DNA of 20,000 nucleotides from an uncultured virus (IMG/VR IMGVR_UViG_3300005239_000324) (lineage: Duplodnaviria; Heunggongvirae; Uroviricota; Caudoviricetes; Crassvirales), in the IMG/VR virus record IMGVR_UViG_3300005239_000324; one strand, given 5' to 3'. Shown one piece after another: positions 1-10,771 of the stretch. A program made the position numbers and the translations under genes. The notes beneath the pieces were generated by a model. The model made no database searches. It was not told where the DNA came from and saw only the letters and a list, made by a program, of their open reading frames with translations. How positions within the stretch are numbered: the stretch's first letter is position 1; every line of letters starts with the position of its first letter.

Positions 1-1
1 A

Positions 2-193
2 AAAGATGTTGGAAAAGGAATAGCAAAAACAGAAAAACTTCTTGGCTATGATCCTTTATATACGTGGAATCCTCAGCGAGGTGGTTTTTGGGAAGAGTTT
101 CCAATTTCTAATGAAAACTTAAGCTCTACTGGCCTAAATAAACTTTTTATAACAGCAACTCCAAAATCAAAAAAGAAAAAAGCTTACAATTAA
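2..193 (+). CDS. C-terminal fragment of a phage protein, probably virion-associated (5' truncated)
   Basis: Frame 2 is open from the window start (KDVGKGIAKTEKLLGYDPLYTWNPQRGGFWEEF...KKAYN) to TAA at 191-193. The next ATG follows at 195. Confidence 0.7.
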   Translation, partial: KDVGKGIAKTEKLLGYDPLYTWNPQRGGFWEEFPISNENLSSTGLNKLFITATPKSKKKKAYN

Positions 194-194
194 T

Positions 195-676
195 ATGAAC
201 GAAAAAGTATTAAGTCAACTTTACCAAAACGGTTTAGAAGTTTTTGATTTACCAGATTACGAAACTTTTAAAGTAGATATGCAAGACGAATCAAAGCTTT
301 CACAGTTTAGAGAAAGTATGGTTAGTGAAAACTTTGATATACCAGATATTGAAACTTTTAAAGTTGATGTTGGTTTTTTAAATGTAAATCAAGATCCAGT
401 TAAAGAACCTGTTAAAGAAGAAAAGCTTGAAATAACAGAGCAAGACTGGACAGATACTGAAGAAAACTTTTTAAAGAAAAACAAAGAAAAACTAGCTAAG
501 CTTTATCCTGGCTTTGAATTTGAAGAGTCAATTTTTGATATAAATGGTATTACTGTTAAAAATAAATCAACTGGTGAAGAGGAAAGCTTTGATTTAGCAG
601 GTACATCTTTTCAATTTAGCGATTTTAATGAGTTTAAAGAGTTTGTAAGTAAAAAGACTGAAACAGATCCTGTGAA
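195..676 (+). CDS. N-terminus of a probable giant virion (ejected/internal) protein, 3' truncated by gap
   Basis: ATG directly after the upstream stop. Acidic sequence with a duplicated FD(L/I)PDxETFKVD motif. Open to the N gap at 677. The track's extension to 1130 crosses the gap and is an artefact. Confidence 0.55.
243..371 (+). repeat. Intragenic imperfect direct repeat, 39 bp x2, 90-bp period
   Basis: tttgatttaccagattacgaaacttttaaagtagatatg (243-281) vs tttgatataccagatattgaaacttttaaagttgatgtt (333-371), encoding FDLPDYETFKVDM / FDIPDIETFKVDV. Confidence 0.85.
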
Positions 677-698
677 NNNNNNNNNNNNNNNNNNNNTA

Positions 699-1130
699 TC
701 AAATATAATGATTGATGGAGACTCAACTCAATATGATATAAACACTTTACCTGCTTTGTTATACAGCAACCCTATTGAAGCAGATTCAAATTTACAAAGT
801 TTTGAAGTACTTAAGTTTACAGTAAAAAATGGTAGTGCAGATACTAATAGAGACACTGAACAAGTGTTAGCAGAAGTGAATTTATCTGAAGGTGACAACG
901 CTGGTCAACCTCACCCTTATTTAACCGTTGACAATTTTGATGGCAATGGAGTTCAGTTGCCGTCAAATCAGTTTGTTGTACATCCCAACGTTAGCGCTAT
1001 AGTAGCGGCTTTTGGGAATGTAATTTCATTGATTTACACTGGATTTATAGTTGATACTTACGATAGTAATGGTAGTTCAGTGCCTGCTGGAAAAACTTCT
1101 TTTACTAGATCTATACGATTTGAACCTTAG
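699..1130 (+). CDS. C-terminal fragment of a probable tail/structural protein (5' truncated)
   Basis: Open frame from the gap to TAG at 1128-1130. Beta-rich S/T/N/D composition. Lies immediately upstream of the tail stabilization gene. Confidence 0.6.
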   Translation, partial: SNIMIDGDSTQYDINTLPALLYSNPIEADSNLQSFEVLKFTVKNGSADTNRDTEQVLAEVNLSEGDNAGQPHPYLTVDNFDGNGVQLPSNQFVVHPNVSAIVAAFGNVISLIYTGFIVDTYDSNGSSVPAGKTSFTRSIRFEP

Positions 1131-1140
1131 TAATATAATT

Positions 1141-1161
1141 TAAAAACAAGTGATAATATAA
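1141..1161 (+). promoter_or_regulatory. Putative phage late-promoter/regulatory motif
   Basis: TAAAAACAAGTGATAATATAA in the short intergenic gap. A similar TAAAACAAGTAAATATATAA occurs at 17705-17724, also just upstream of a gene. Confidence 0.35.
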
Positions 1162-1162
1162 T

Positions 1163-2848
1163 ATGGCTATTAAGATAAATTACTTTAACTCTTTTGTTTT
1201 AAAGAAGACCGTTAATAACGTCACTTCAGGAAACGCAGCGTACCAGCCTGTTTTTCCTGGGCTACCTAACAACCCTACTGATTATCCTACTTTTGGTGCT
1301 AATGCTAGTGATGACACTATTAATGTAATAGGTATTGGTGGTAGAAACTGGATAATAGAAGAAGCTAGAATAAGAGGAGGTTATAATAATACTTCAACTA
1401 GTTATGGACCAAGAGCTTATTTAGTAGAGACTTCTAACGAGCAATCAGTTAGAACAAACGCTTTGATATATTCAGGTGTTTATAACTCAAGAACTGATTT
1501 AAACGAAACAAATGTGTTTTCAGTTGGAGAAGAAATAACAAAAGCTGTAGATCCTAATTATGGCTCTATACAAAAGCTTCATGCTTTAGATAGTAATTTA
1601 GCTATATTTCAAGAAAACAAAGTAAGCAATGCTTTAATAGATAAAGATGCTATTTACTCTGCTGAAGGTGTTGGAAGTCCAGTGAGTTCAACTAACTTAG
1701 TAATAGGCCAAATAACTCCTTATGTAGGAGAATATGGTATAAGTAAAAACCCTGAAAGCTTTGCTTATTATGGCTATAGAAGATATTTTATAGATAAATA
1801 TAGAAATGCTGTAATGAGATTATCAAGAGATGGTTTAACTGAAATATCTCAATATGGTATGTCTACTTTCTTTAGAGAAGAGTTTGCTAAAATAAATAGC
1901 AATTTTAAAGAATTTACATTTACAGGTGTTATAGCAGGTTCTGGGTCAAGCCCAGCCAAGCTAACATTAAGTCCTTCAAATGTTTTAACTAACTTAGAAA
2001 AAGGCATGTTAGTCTCTATACCTCAAACAAGTGGTTCACCTATATCAGCTACTATTACTGGTATAGTTAACACAAATACATTATACTTAAGTAACGATCC
2101 TGGAACTCCAAATGTTGGACAAAATGCTACTTTTACTAAATTTATAAAAGATAGATTATTAGGTGGTTGGGATATTCACAATAAAAACTATGTAGTGTCT
2201 ATACAAGACAAAAGCGAAGATACTATAACGCCTGATACTTATAGCACTTTAAGTTTTGAAGACGATATAAATGGTTGGACTAGTTTTTTTACTTATGAAC
2301 CTAATTTTGTTGGTAGTTTAAAAAGTAAATACTATAGTTTTTACGATGCTGAAATATACGAGCATTATGACCAAACACCTGGCCATATTAGAAGTACTTT
2401 TTATGGTGTAACTTCTAACTCTAGTGTAGAATTTATATTTAACGCTAATCCAAGTATAATAAAGAATTTTAAAACTGTTAATTATGAAGGTAGTAACGGT
2501 TGGCAAGTTGAGTCATTTTTATCAGATGCAGAAGGATTTGATTTACAGTCAAGCGCTCAACAACAATATAACGACTCTGCTAAACTAGTAAGAAGCTATG
2601 AAGAAGGTTTATACACAGAAAGTGGTGTACCTTATAGAGCAGGTTTTAATAGAAAAGAAAATAAATATTTTGCTAATTTAATAAATAATAGCGCAGCTAG
2701 ACCAGGAGAAGTATTCTTTGGTGATGCAACTACAGGTATTAAAGGTTATTTAGCAACAGTAAAAGTATCGACAGACGCGACTACAGATCCAGGTGGAACT
2801 AAAGAGTTGTTTGCTGTCTCAACAGAATTTGTAGTATCATCAAGATAA
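1163..2848 (+). CDS. Tail stabilization protein (crAss-like, P22 gp10-like nozzle/muzzle family; C-terminal portion type)
   Basis: Complete 561-aa ORF with motifs I recognise from crAss-like stabilization proteins: YSGVYNSRT..NETNVF, YGSIQKL, GEYGISKNPESFA.YG.R.YF.D, RLSRDGLTEIS.YGM..FFR, GWTSF, FN.NPS..KNFKT.NYEGS, KENKYF, GIKG. Confidence 0.8.
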   Translation: MAIKINYFNSFVLKKTVNNVTSGNAAYQPVFPGLPNNPTDYPTFGANASDDTINVIGIGGRNWIIEEARIRGGYNNTSTSYGPRAYLVETSNEQSVRTNALIYSGVYNSRTDLNETNVFSVGEEITKAVDPNYGSIQKLHALDSNLAIFQENKVSNALIDKDAIYSAEGVGSPVSSTNLVIGQITPYVGEYGISKNPESFAYYGYRRYFIDKYRNAVMRLSRDGLTEISQYGMSTFFREEFAKINSNFKEFTFTGVIAGSGSSPAKLTLSPSNVLTNLEKGMLVSIPQTSGSPISATITGIVNTNTLYLSNDPGTPNVGQNATFTKFIKDRLLGGWDIHNKNYVVSIQDKSEDTITPDTYSTLSFEDDINGWTSFFTYEPNFVGSLKSKYYSFYDAEIYEHYDQTPGHIRSTFYGVTSNSSVEFIFNANPSIIKNFKTVNYEGSNGWQVESFLSDAEGFDLQSSAQQQYNDSAKLVRSYEEGLYTESGVPYRAGFNRKENKYFANLINNSAARPGEVFFGDATTGIKGYLATVKVSTDATTDPGGTKELFAVSTEFVVSSR

Positions 2849-2858
2849 AATTATAATT

Positions 2859-3638
2859 ATGAGTGGTTTTTTAGATAACTTTAAAGAAGGAACAGGTATA
2901 AAACTAGCAGTACAAGGAGCTCAAGTAGCATGGGCTACTGGCCAAGCAATACATTCCAACATTAAGTATAAAGAAAAAATGGATGCTATAGAAAATTTTC
3001 AAAGACAAGAAATAATAAATCCATTTCAAAATTTATCTAATCCTTATGCTAACTTACAGGTAGCTACTAAAGCTGCAGAGATGCAGGCAGAGCAATCAGA
3101 TATAGCACTAGCAAACACCTTGGATAATTTAAGGGAAACTGGAGCTGGTGGAGCAACTGCTTTAGCTCAAGCTGCTTTAAAATCTAAACAAGGTGTTTCA
3201 GCTAGTATACAACAACAAGAAACTCAAAATCAAAAACTACAAGCTCAAGGACAACAACAAATGGAAATGGCACAAGCTAAAGGGCAATCATTTGCTTTTA
3301 ATACACAAGAAAGAAGAGACATGAACCAGCTTGATAGATTACAAGGTCTGTCAGATATTGAGGCCGCTAGAAGACAGCAAGGTTCTGCAACATTAGTTGG
3401 TTCTCTAACTTCAATGGCTAGCGGAGCTGTTCCGTCTTTTATAAATCCAGAAGCTCAAAATTTTGGAACAACTCAAGATAATTTTGGAACACCTACAATA
3501 GACAACAGAAACCTTACTCTTAATGCTAACATAGGAGCTGATCAAGCTAACAGAAACCAAATAGCAGGTATGCAGTTAGAAGATATTGGAGAAAGTCCTT
3601 TATTTGACTTTAACTCAGCTGACGCTAAAAAATTTTAA
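2859..3638 (+). CDS. Small virion/ejection (DNA-pilot-like) protein
   Basis: Complete 259-aa ORF, A/Q/G-rich and helical (NPYANLQVATKAAEMQAEQSDIALANTL...GAGGATALAQAAL). It sits right after the stabilization gene, where podoviruses encode ejection proteins. Confidence 0.6.
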   Translation: MSGFLDNFKEGTGIKLAVQGAQVAWATGQAIHSNIKYKEKMDAIENFQRQEIINPFQNLSNPYANLQVATKAAEMQAEQSDIALANTLDNLRETGAGGATALAQAALKSKQGVSASIQQQETQNQKLQAQGQQQMEMAQAKGQSFAFNTQERRDMNQLDRLQGLSDIEAARRQQGSATLVGSLTSMASGAVPSFINPEAQNFGTTQDNFGTPTIDNRNLTLNANIGADQANRNQIAGMQLEDIGESPLFDFNSADAKKF

Positions 3639-3649
3639 TAAAATAAATT

Positions 3650-4624
3650 ATGGTAGACGAAGATTACTTTGACGATTTCAACAGGAGAAGACCTAGAAGA
3701 CAAACTTATAGAGGCTCTTATAGAAACCCAGGCTCAAGCCAGTTTTTTGATCCATCAGCTGATATATTAGCAGGTATTGAATCTGTTGAAAAAACTATTG
3801 GTGATAGAAAAACAGCTGTTAGAGACTTTGAAAATGCAGCAGCAGTAAGAAGACAAGAAACTTTAGATAGTCTTAGAGAGACTGAAGGCATGTCAGATAC
3901 TACAGCTATAGATAGCTTACAACAGCAGTTAATGAATGAAGTTGATGAACTTTATAAATTAGATATAGCTTCTTTTGAAGGAGATAGATCTGCTTATTTA
4001 AAAAAAGCTGGTGAAGTTAATAAAATAGTAGAGACTATACCTGCTTTAATGGGTTTAATAGATGCTGAAGGAGAGACTTTAAAAGAAAATCAATCGTCAA
4101 GCCAAGACTTTTTCAAAAAGCTTCTTAGAAGTAACGATCCTAATTATTATGACTTCGTCGATGCAGCTAGTAAAGGTGGTCCGGGTGTTTCTTTTAGAAC
4201 TCAAAACGGAAATATAATAGCTCAGTTAAATGGTAAAGATATTTTTAACGGAAATGCATATGTTAAAGCTAAAAAAGATGGTTTTGATTTAGTTAAATAC
4301 GCAGGTGATTATACTCCTCAAATAAACGAAGCAGACGCTTTAGCTTATAAAGGATTAGAAAATTTAGTTAGCAAAGAAGTCACTGAAAAAGTAAATAAAG
4401 GAATAGAATTAGTTGGTGAAGAAAAAACAAACTATACTTTAGCCAAACAAAAGTATGAAGAAAGATTAAGAAGTGGTAATATACCTATACCAGTTAATGA
4501 ATCTACATATCAAATGTTTGGTAATTATGGTAAGGTTGATTCTAAAAAGAAAAATACTTGGGGAAAAGATTTAAAAGATCCCTGGGGAAAAGATTTAAAA
4601 GTTCAAGAAGGAGCAACTAGAGAA
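3650..4624 (+). CDS. Virion structural/ejection protein, 3' truncated by gap
   Basis: ATG 11 nt after the previous stop. Charged helical protein with an SYRNP motif near the N-terminus. Open to the gap at 4625; the track's extension to 5842 is a gap fusion. Confidence 0.6.
4559..4601 (+). repeat. Exact 19-bp direct repeat, 24-bp period
   Basis: tggggaaaagatttaaaag at 4559-4577 and 4583-4601, encoding WGKDLK-DP-WGKDLK. Confidence 0.9.
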
Positions 4625-4645
4625 NNNNNNNNNNNNNNNNNNNNA

Positions 4646-5815
4646 AGATTATCTGGTAAAGAAGTTATATCATCTCAAGAGTTTATAAGAGACAACAGTA
4701 AAATGCTTTACGACTTACTTCCTGATGGTGTAGCTGGAGAAGGAGCTAAAGAAGGTGTTAGAGGTACGTCTACTGGAGTTCAAACCGTATTGCTAAATGA
4801 GTTTTATGCAAAGGGTGAAAGAGCTAAAACAGGTCCTGGCTTAACTAAGCAAACTAAAAAACCTTTTAATAAAGAAAAGTTTGAAGAGTATTTTGGCATA
4901 AGTAGTGACAAGCTGCAGACATTAAAAGAAAACGGTAAAATAGATCAAAGAGTAAAAGCTTTAATACATCAAACAGGAAAAGCTATAACTAATAGAACTA
5001 TAAGAAAGAAAGATGGTTTAACAGTTAACGAAAAAGAAAACTTATCTTCTGGTAAATCGCCAGCTATGGCTTCTAAACCTATATTTATAGAAAGTATAGA
5101 GAGAATAAAGAATATTACTCAAGAGCAAAGATTAAAAGCTTTAGCTTATTTAAGAGATGAAGGTAGAGACATAGTAGATTTAAATGATATATCTGAAATA
5201 ATAAGAAAAACAGGTATGTCTGAGAAAGGAGTTCAGGAAGTTTTAAGCTCTTTTGAGAAAATTATAAATGATCCAACAAACAACAAAGAAATTAAAAGAC
5301 TAGTAGAAGAGAGAGATGTTAAAGATTTTGATGCTTACGTTAAAGATTTATCTGAAACGACTGGTTTAACTATAGAAGACTCTAAAATATTTGCTGAAAA
5401 AGAATTAGGAGATTATAAAAAGCTTTATGAAGAGTTAAATGTTGAATACCAAGGAGCAAGACCTAAACAAGGTTTTAAGTACAAGACCGTTGCAATAACT
5501 GATAAAAATATAAAAGAATATCAAAATACTATTAAAAAAATATTTAAAGATTTAGATTTAGACATGTTAGAAGCCGAAAATAGCACTGTTTTTAGCTACA
5601 TAATAAATTCTTTAAATTCTAAAAGTATGCTAAAGTTTAGAGACTATACTGGTCATGGTGGTAAATTTAAAAATGGAGACACTATGACTAAGAAAACTTT
5701 TGGAGTTGAATCTAATCCTGAGTTTATAAGAAAAATACTTGAAGATCCTAATTTTGGTAAAGTAAAGAATAAAGAAAAAACTGAAAAATATTTAGAAAAA
5801 ACTAAATACGCTTTT
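4646..5815 (+). CDS. Internal fragment of giant virion protein
   Basis: The whole contig is one open K/E-rich frame with no start or stop. Contains a MASK linker at 5066-5077. Confidence 0.6.
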
Positions 5816-5835
5816 NNNNNNNNNNNNNNNNNNNN

Positions 5836-7358
5836 AAAATGAAAGAAACTTTAGATCCTAGGTTTTTTGTTAGATTAGAAAGTCAAGCTAAACCTGAAAA
5901 TAGAATATTTACTAAACCACCAAAACGTTTAACTAAAAAAGCGGACATAGATGCTGCTTTATTAAGCGATAAAGTTTATGTGGAAAACTTAGAACAAGGC
6001 GTAAATATATATGAGTTTAAAGATTTTACTCCTAAACAATTATCAGATTATATATTGGCACCAACTATAAGCCCTACCACAGGAGCTAAGAGTGGGTTAA
6101 GAGGTACTAGAAAAACAGCTTTTGCAGAAGGTTTAGTTGATAGAATAACTAGAGATGCTACTCCACAAAACCTTAAAAGAATAGGTAAAGAAACTGGTGA
6201 AATAGCTGAGATCAGTAAGAAAATGCAAGTTGATCCATCGACTATAATGGCATCTAAAGACTTAACAAGAACTCTTATAAAGGCTTTTAAACAAATTAAA
6301 AAAACTGGAAAACTAGATAAAAAAGAATTATTAAAAGGCATAACTTTAGATTGGGAAATAAAAGCTATAGAAGACTTAAGTGAACGTAGATTTAAAATAG
6401 CTGTAGATAACAATATAGTTAAGCTATCTGACTTAGAGAAACTAAAAAAACTAGACTTAGAAGGTGATGTAAGGTTTTTTAACGAAGCAGCTTTAGAAAC
6501 TATAGCTTTAAAAGAAGGCATATCTATACCCGAAGCTAGAGAAAGATACATGGGGGAAGTTGTTTCTTTAATAAAAAACGGTAAAGAATTAAAAGCTAGT
6601 ATAAAAGGAACTATTTATAGATCACGTGAAGAAAGAGCAGAACCTAAAAACTTTAAAAAATCTAAACCTTATTATATAGATTTTATTGAAAGATTAATAC
6701 CTAAAGGATCTTCTTTCAGTGAATTACCAAATTCTTATCAAAAAATGATAATGAGTACTATAGGAATGGGTGATCATAAAGGTAGAACTAATGGTAGAAA
6801 ATTTACTTTTAAAGAATACAATCTTAAAGATGGTAATTATATCGATTTACTAGAAGCTGTTTACGATATAAAAGAAGCTAGCTTAAAAGGTAAAGGACCT
6901 TCTATTAATTCTTTTGCTGGTGATATAAACATACCATCACCAGGCGGTAGTAAGTTAAAAGCTTCTGATGCTGAAATAAAATCAAGTAGTATAGTTGATT
7001 TCCAAGCTGAAGCTGCTAAAGCTATATTAGGTAGGGGTCAGGTTAGTGTTGACGCTGTTTTAGATGCTAATAAAGCAGCATTGCAAAATGTTTATAATGC
7101 AGCAAAAGAAGTTATTAAAAGTGCTAAAAATCCTATAGAAGCTTTAGATCATATGATAGATTTAATGTTAGAGCAAACTAATAGATCTATTGGAGGAATA
7201 AAAGGATTAGCAGGTGTAGAAAGCATTACAATGGAAGGAATGAGAGGTTCTAATCCGGAAAGAACTAAAGAGCTTCACAACGAACACTTAACTGAATTGT
7301 TCACTATGACTAAAGACTTTGGTAGAATGATGGAAAGATTTATTAAAGGTGAACAGTC
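5836..7358 (+). CDS. Internal fragment of giant virion protein
   Basis: The whole contig is open in one frame (the ATG at 5839 is likely internal). MASK linker at 6247-6258 and HNEH motif at 7276-7287. Confidence 0.6.
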
Positions 7359-7379
7359 NNNNNNNNNNNNNNNNNNNNA

Positions 7380-9375
7380 TATTTTATCTCTTTCGTCTCT
7401 GGCAATGGTAATAATGGCTACTGGCAATTAACAGTTTCTTCAGGTTTATTATCTGATGGGAATTGGCATCACCATTGTTTATCAAGAAACGGTGTTACTA
7501 TAAATTACTATATAGACGGAACATTACAAACCAATGTGACAAATAATACATTAAATGCTTCTGCTGGAACTAATACAACTATAGAGAAGAGTATGGCGCG
7601 TTCAAATGGAACTTCCTTTGCAAGTGGCGAACTTTCAAATGTTTCATTATATAATACCGCTTTAACAGGTCCTCAAGTTTCCACTTTATTTAACTTTGGT
7701 ACTCCAGAAACAGCTATATCTTTTTTCTTCTATTAGTTGGTGGAAGCTAGATAATACCACAAACTGGGACTATTAGATTCCGGTTTCAGCTAGTAAATAA
7801 ACGGTACAAAACAGCAATCCAGGGAGCTACACAAAACGACAAACTTTCTGTCGCCGTTGTCCCATCTTGGAAAAATACCCAGATGCTTTCAGGAAACAGT
7901 AAAATGGGAGTAAAGTACAAACTTTTACCAAAGTACAGCTTTACAACAAAAGTGATTTTACAATTTTGATTCACCCTTATAGTAACTATAGTTTAAGTTT
8001 TGATGGTATTAATGACGCTATTAATATATCAAACAACTCAGTTTTTAATTTAGGAACTTCTTTTACTATAAGTGGATGGTTTAATGTAACATCATACGTT
8101 TCTAATATGGGGTATATTAGCTTTGATAGTTCAACAAGAGGTTGGTTTTTATTTCATCAAAACACAAACTTAGCTTTATACGATGGAACATCTGTTACAA
8201 CTTTAAACTCAAATTTGCAACCAACTAACGAGTGGAATAGTTATATAATAACTTATGATGGAACAGATTTAATATTTTATTTAAACGGACAACAAAATAG
8301 TACACAATCAGTTTCAATTAATTTACAAACTAATGGAAATGATGGACAAATAGGTAATCAACAATTTGCTGCTGGAAGGTTTTACAATGGCAAAATAGAC
8401 GAAACAGCTTTATGGAGCACAGCTTTAACAAGCGCTCAAGTATTAGAAATATATAATAATGGTAGACCAAAAGATTTAACTACTTTCTCTGGAACCGCCC
8501 CTATTTCTTGGTGGAGACTTGGTGAAAATGCTTATTTCCAAGATTCAACTTTAGTTTTACCTAACTCAATTACTGGAGCACCTAATGGTAATGCTGCTAC
8601 CAATAATTTAGAGATGATTTCAGCTGATGCACCTGGAACTTACGCGAATGGTATAGGAGAAAATTTAGATATCTTAGATCGTGTAGGAGACGCTCCTTTA
8701 TCAGTTGCTAACTCTCAGAGTTATAATATGATTCCAAGTGATATTAGCCCTTATGTACCTCAATATGTTGGAGATCAAATAGCTAATACAGCTTCTATGA
8801 CTTTTAACGGAGTGGATTCTTTCTTTGATATTGGAAACGTAGATTTAGGAATTAACTCTACTTTATCAATGTGGTTTAAGCCTGGAACTAATCCAACTGT
8901 AAATGATTACGCTTTAATTGGTGAAGGTTCTAATGGTTTTGATTATGTAATTAGAAAACAAAGTGGATCATTTTATGTTTGGGTTGGATCTAGTTTTCAC
9001 AATTATGGATCAGTAATTGCTAACAATATAAACGTTGGTGGTTGGAATTTTTTGGCAATACAGAAAGTTGGAGACACAATAACTGTTTATTTGAAAAATA
9101 CAAATGGAGAATTTGAAGCAACAGCTACTATATCTGGATGGGCTACAACTTCTATGACTTTTGATAGAATAGGTGCTAGAACCATATCTCCAGTAGCACA
9201 AACGTTTAGTGGCCAAATAGATGAAGTAGCAGGTTTTAGCGAGGCTTTAACGCCTGACCAAATTAAGTTTGATCTATATGAGCCTTCATTACCTTTAAGT
9301 AGCAATAAAACAGCAGATATAGCTAATAATCCAAACCTACCTAATCCGGTAGCTTGGTACAGAATGGGAGATTAA
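7380..9375 (+). CDS. Multi-LamG (concanavalin A-like) domain virion/fibre protein, 5' truncated, with a cluster of apparent sequencing frameshifts at about 7720-7980
   Basis: Frame 3 from 7380 reads a LamG core (DGNWHHHCLSRNG..YYIDG...GELSNVSLYNTALT). After the frameshifted stretch, 7966-9375 holds two more LamG domains (NYSLSFDG...GKIDETALWSTALT; SMTFNG...GQIDEVAGF) and ends WYRMGD. Confidence 0.75.
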
Positions 9376-9387
9376 TAAAATAAAAAT

Positions 9388-10488
9388 ATGAGTACAAAGT
9401 TTTTAAGTCCAGACTGGCGAATGCCAAGAAATGCTAATCAGAGCAAGCAAAACAACTATTCATTGCATTTTACACGCAGTCCATTAACGCGTGTGCACCT
9501 AGGAGACGCTTTAAATTTTTTTATAGGTAGTTTTTCTGCTTCAATGTGGATAAAATCTCCAGATAATGGTAAAGAGTTTTTTTCAAGATATATTAGCGGT
9601 AATGGAGTTGGTAACTTTAGAATAGGTTGTGGTGCTAATAGTGGAGCTACGGCTAATACTGTATCTTTAATGACAAAAAATATTCTTTTATCAGGTTCTA
9701 CTGATATTAGAGATGGTAATTGGCACCACATATGTGTTACCATGGATGCTATTAGTAGCACTCAATATACTAGGACTATATATGTAGATGGAAGTCAGGA
9801 TGCTCAAGACACTGTAACATTAGCTACTTATGTGTCTACAAGTTCTTCTTATGGATTAAACTTAGGTTGTAATTTTCAAAATAACGGACATAATACCGTA
9901 GATATGTCAGAAGTAGCCATTTTCGACTACGCTCTTTCTGCAAGCCAAGTAACAACCTTACATGGTAATTCAACTAATGGAGTAGGTAATCCGATGGCTT
10001 TACCAAGAACACCTATCGCTTATTATCCTTTAGGTACATCTGCTTGGAATGGACAGTATTTAGCAGAAAACAATGCTATTGGAGATTATGTTTTTGATAA
10101 TATAATTAGTAGTAGAATATTTACACCTATAAATGTTAGTAATTTAACTAACGTTACACAATCAGTTTGGTTTAAAACAAGCACTAATGCACAATCAAAT
10201 AAACAAATATTTTTTGTTGGTCAATATGGCACTTTTGTTCTACAACTTTTTGGAACTGACACTTTAAGAGCTGGTGTTACGGTAAATCCTTTAACTCAAA
10301 CATATCCAAGTTTAACGTTTAATTATGCTGATGGTAAATGGCATCAATATATAATGAATTATGATGGTTCACATGTTAAACTATATATCGATGGAGTTTT
10401 AAGAATAAAAACAGCAAGAACTGGAACTTTAAGAGATGAGCCAACTTATTTCACAACCATAGGAAACATACAAGGAACTAGCTCAAAT
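9388..10488 (+). CDS. Multi-LamG domain protein, 3' truncated
   Basis: Starts MSTKFLSPDWRMPRNANQSKQNNYS. Two LamG cores (FSASMWIK...DGNWHHICVT...YVDG...SEVAIFDYALS; SVWFK...DGKWHQ..YDG..KLYIDG). Confidence 0.8.
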
Positions 10489-10510
10489 NNNNNNNNNNNN
10501 NNNNNNNNTC

Positions 10511-10771
10511 TCATTGTTTTATTTTTATTATAAGATAAACATTAGAAAACATTATACTTATTAAAACAATAGCTGCATATATTATAGCATCACCTAAATA
10601 AGGTTTAACTGCTAAAGTAAATGCAGATAAAGTTACCATTTTAATAAATAAACTTCCGTACATAATACCATAGCCGGCTTTTTCAAACCGACTAGTTAGT
10701 ATTATTACCATAAATGTTATTACAAGAACCAGTATTGCAGCAACAAGTCCGTATACAGCTGATGCTATCAT
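10511..10771 (-). CDS. Small multi-pass membrane protein (possibly AtpI-like)
   Basis: 86 aa with three hydrophobic stretches. Its ATG overlaps the RNR stop (ATGA at 10768-10771). Confidence 0.7.
   Translation of the reverse strand: MIASAVYGLVAAILVLVITFMVIILTSRFEKAGYGIMYGSLFIKMVTLSAFTLAVKPYLGDAIIYAAIVLISIMFSNVYLIIKIKQ

Noticed and set aside
195..5842. ORFs 195-1130 and 3650-5842 as single proteins
   Set aside because: Both cross N gaps and join unrelated contigs.
7720..7980. Programmed frameshifting, phase variation or pseudogene
   Set aside because: Many same-direction +1 insertions at short homopolymers in about 260 nt, with intact flanks, fit sequencing error better.
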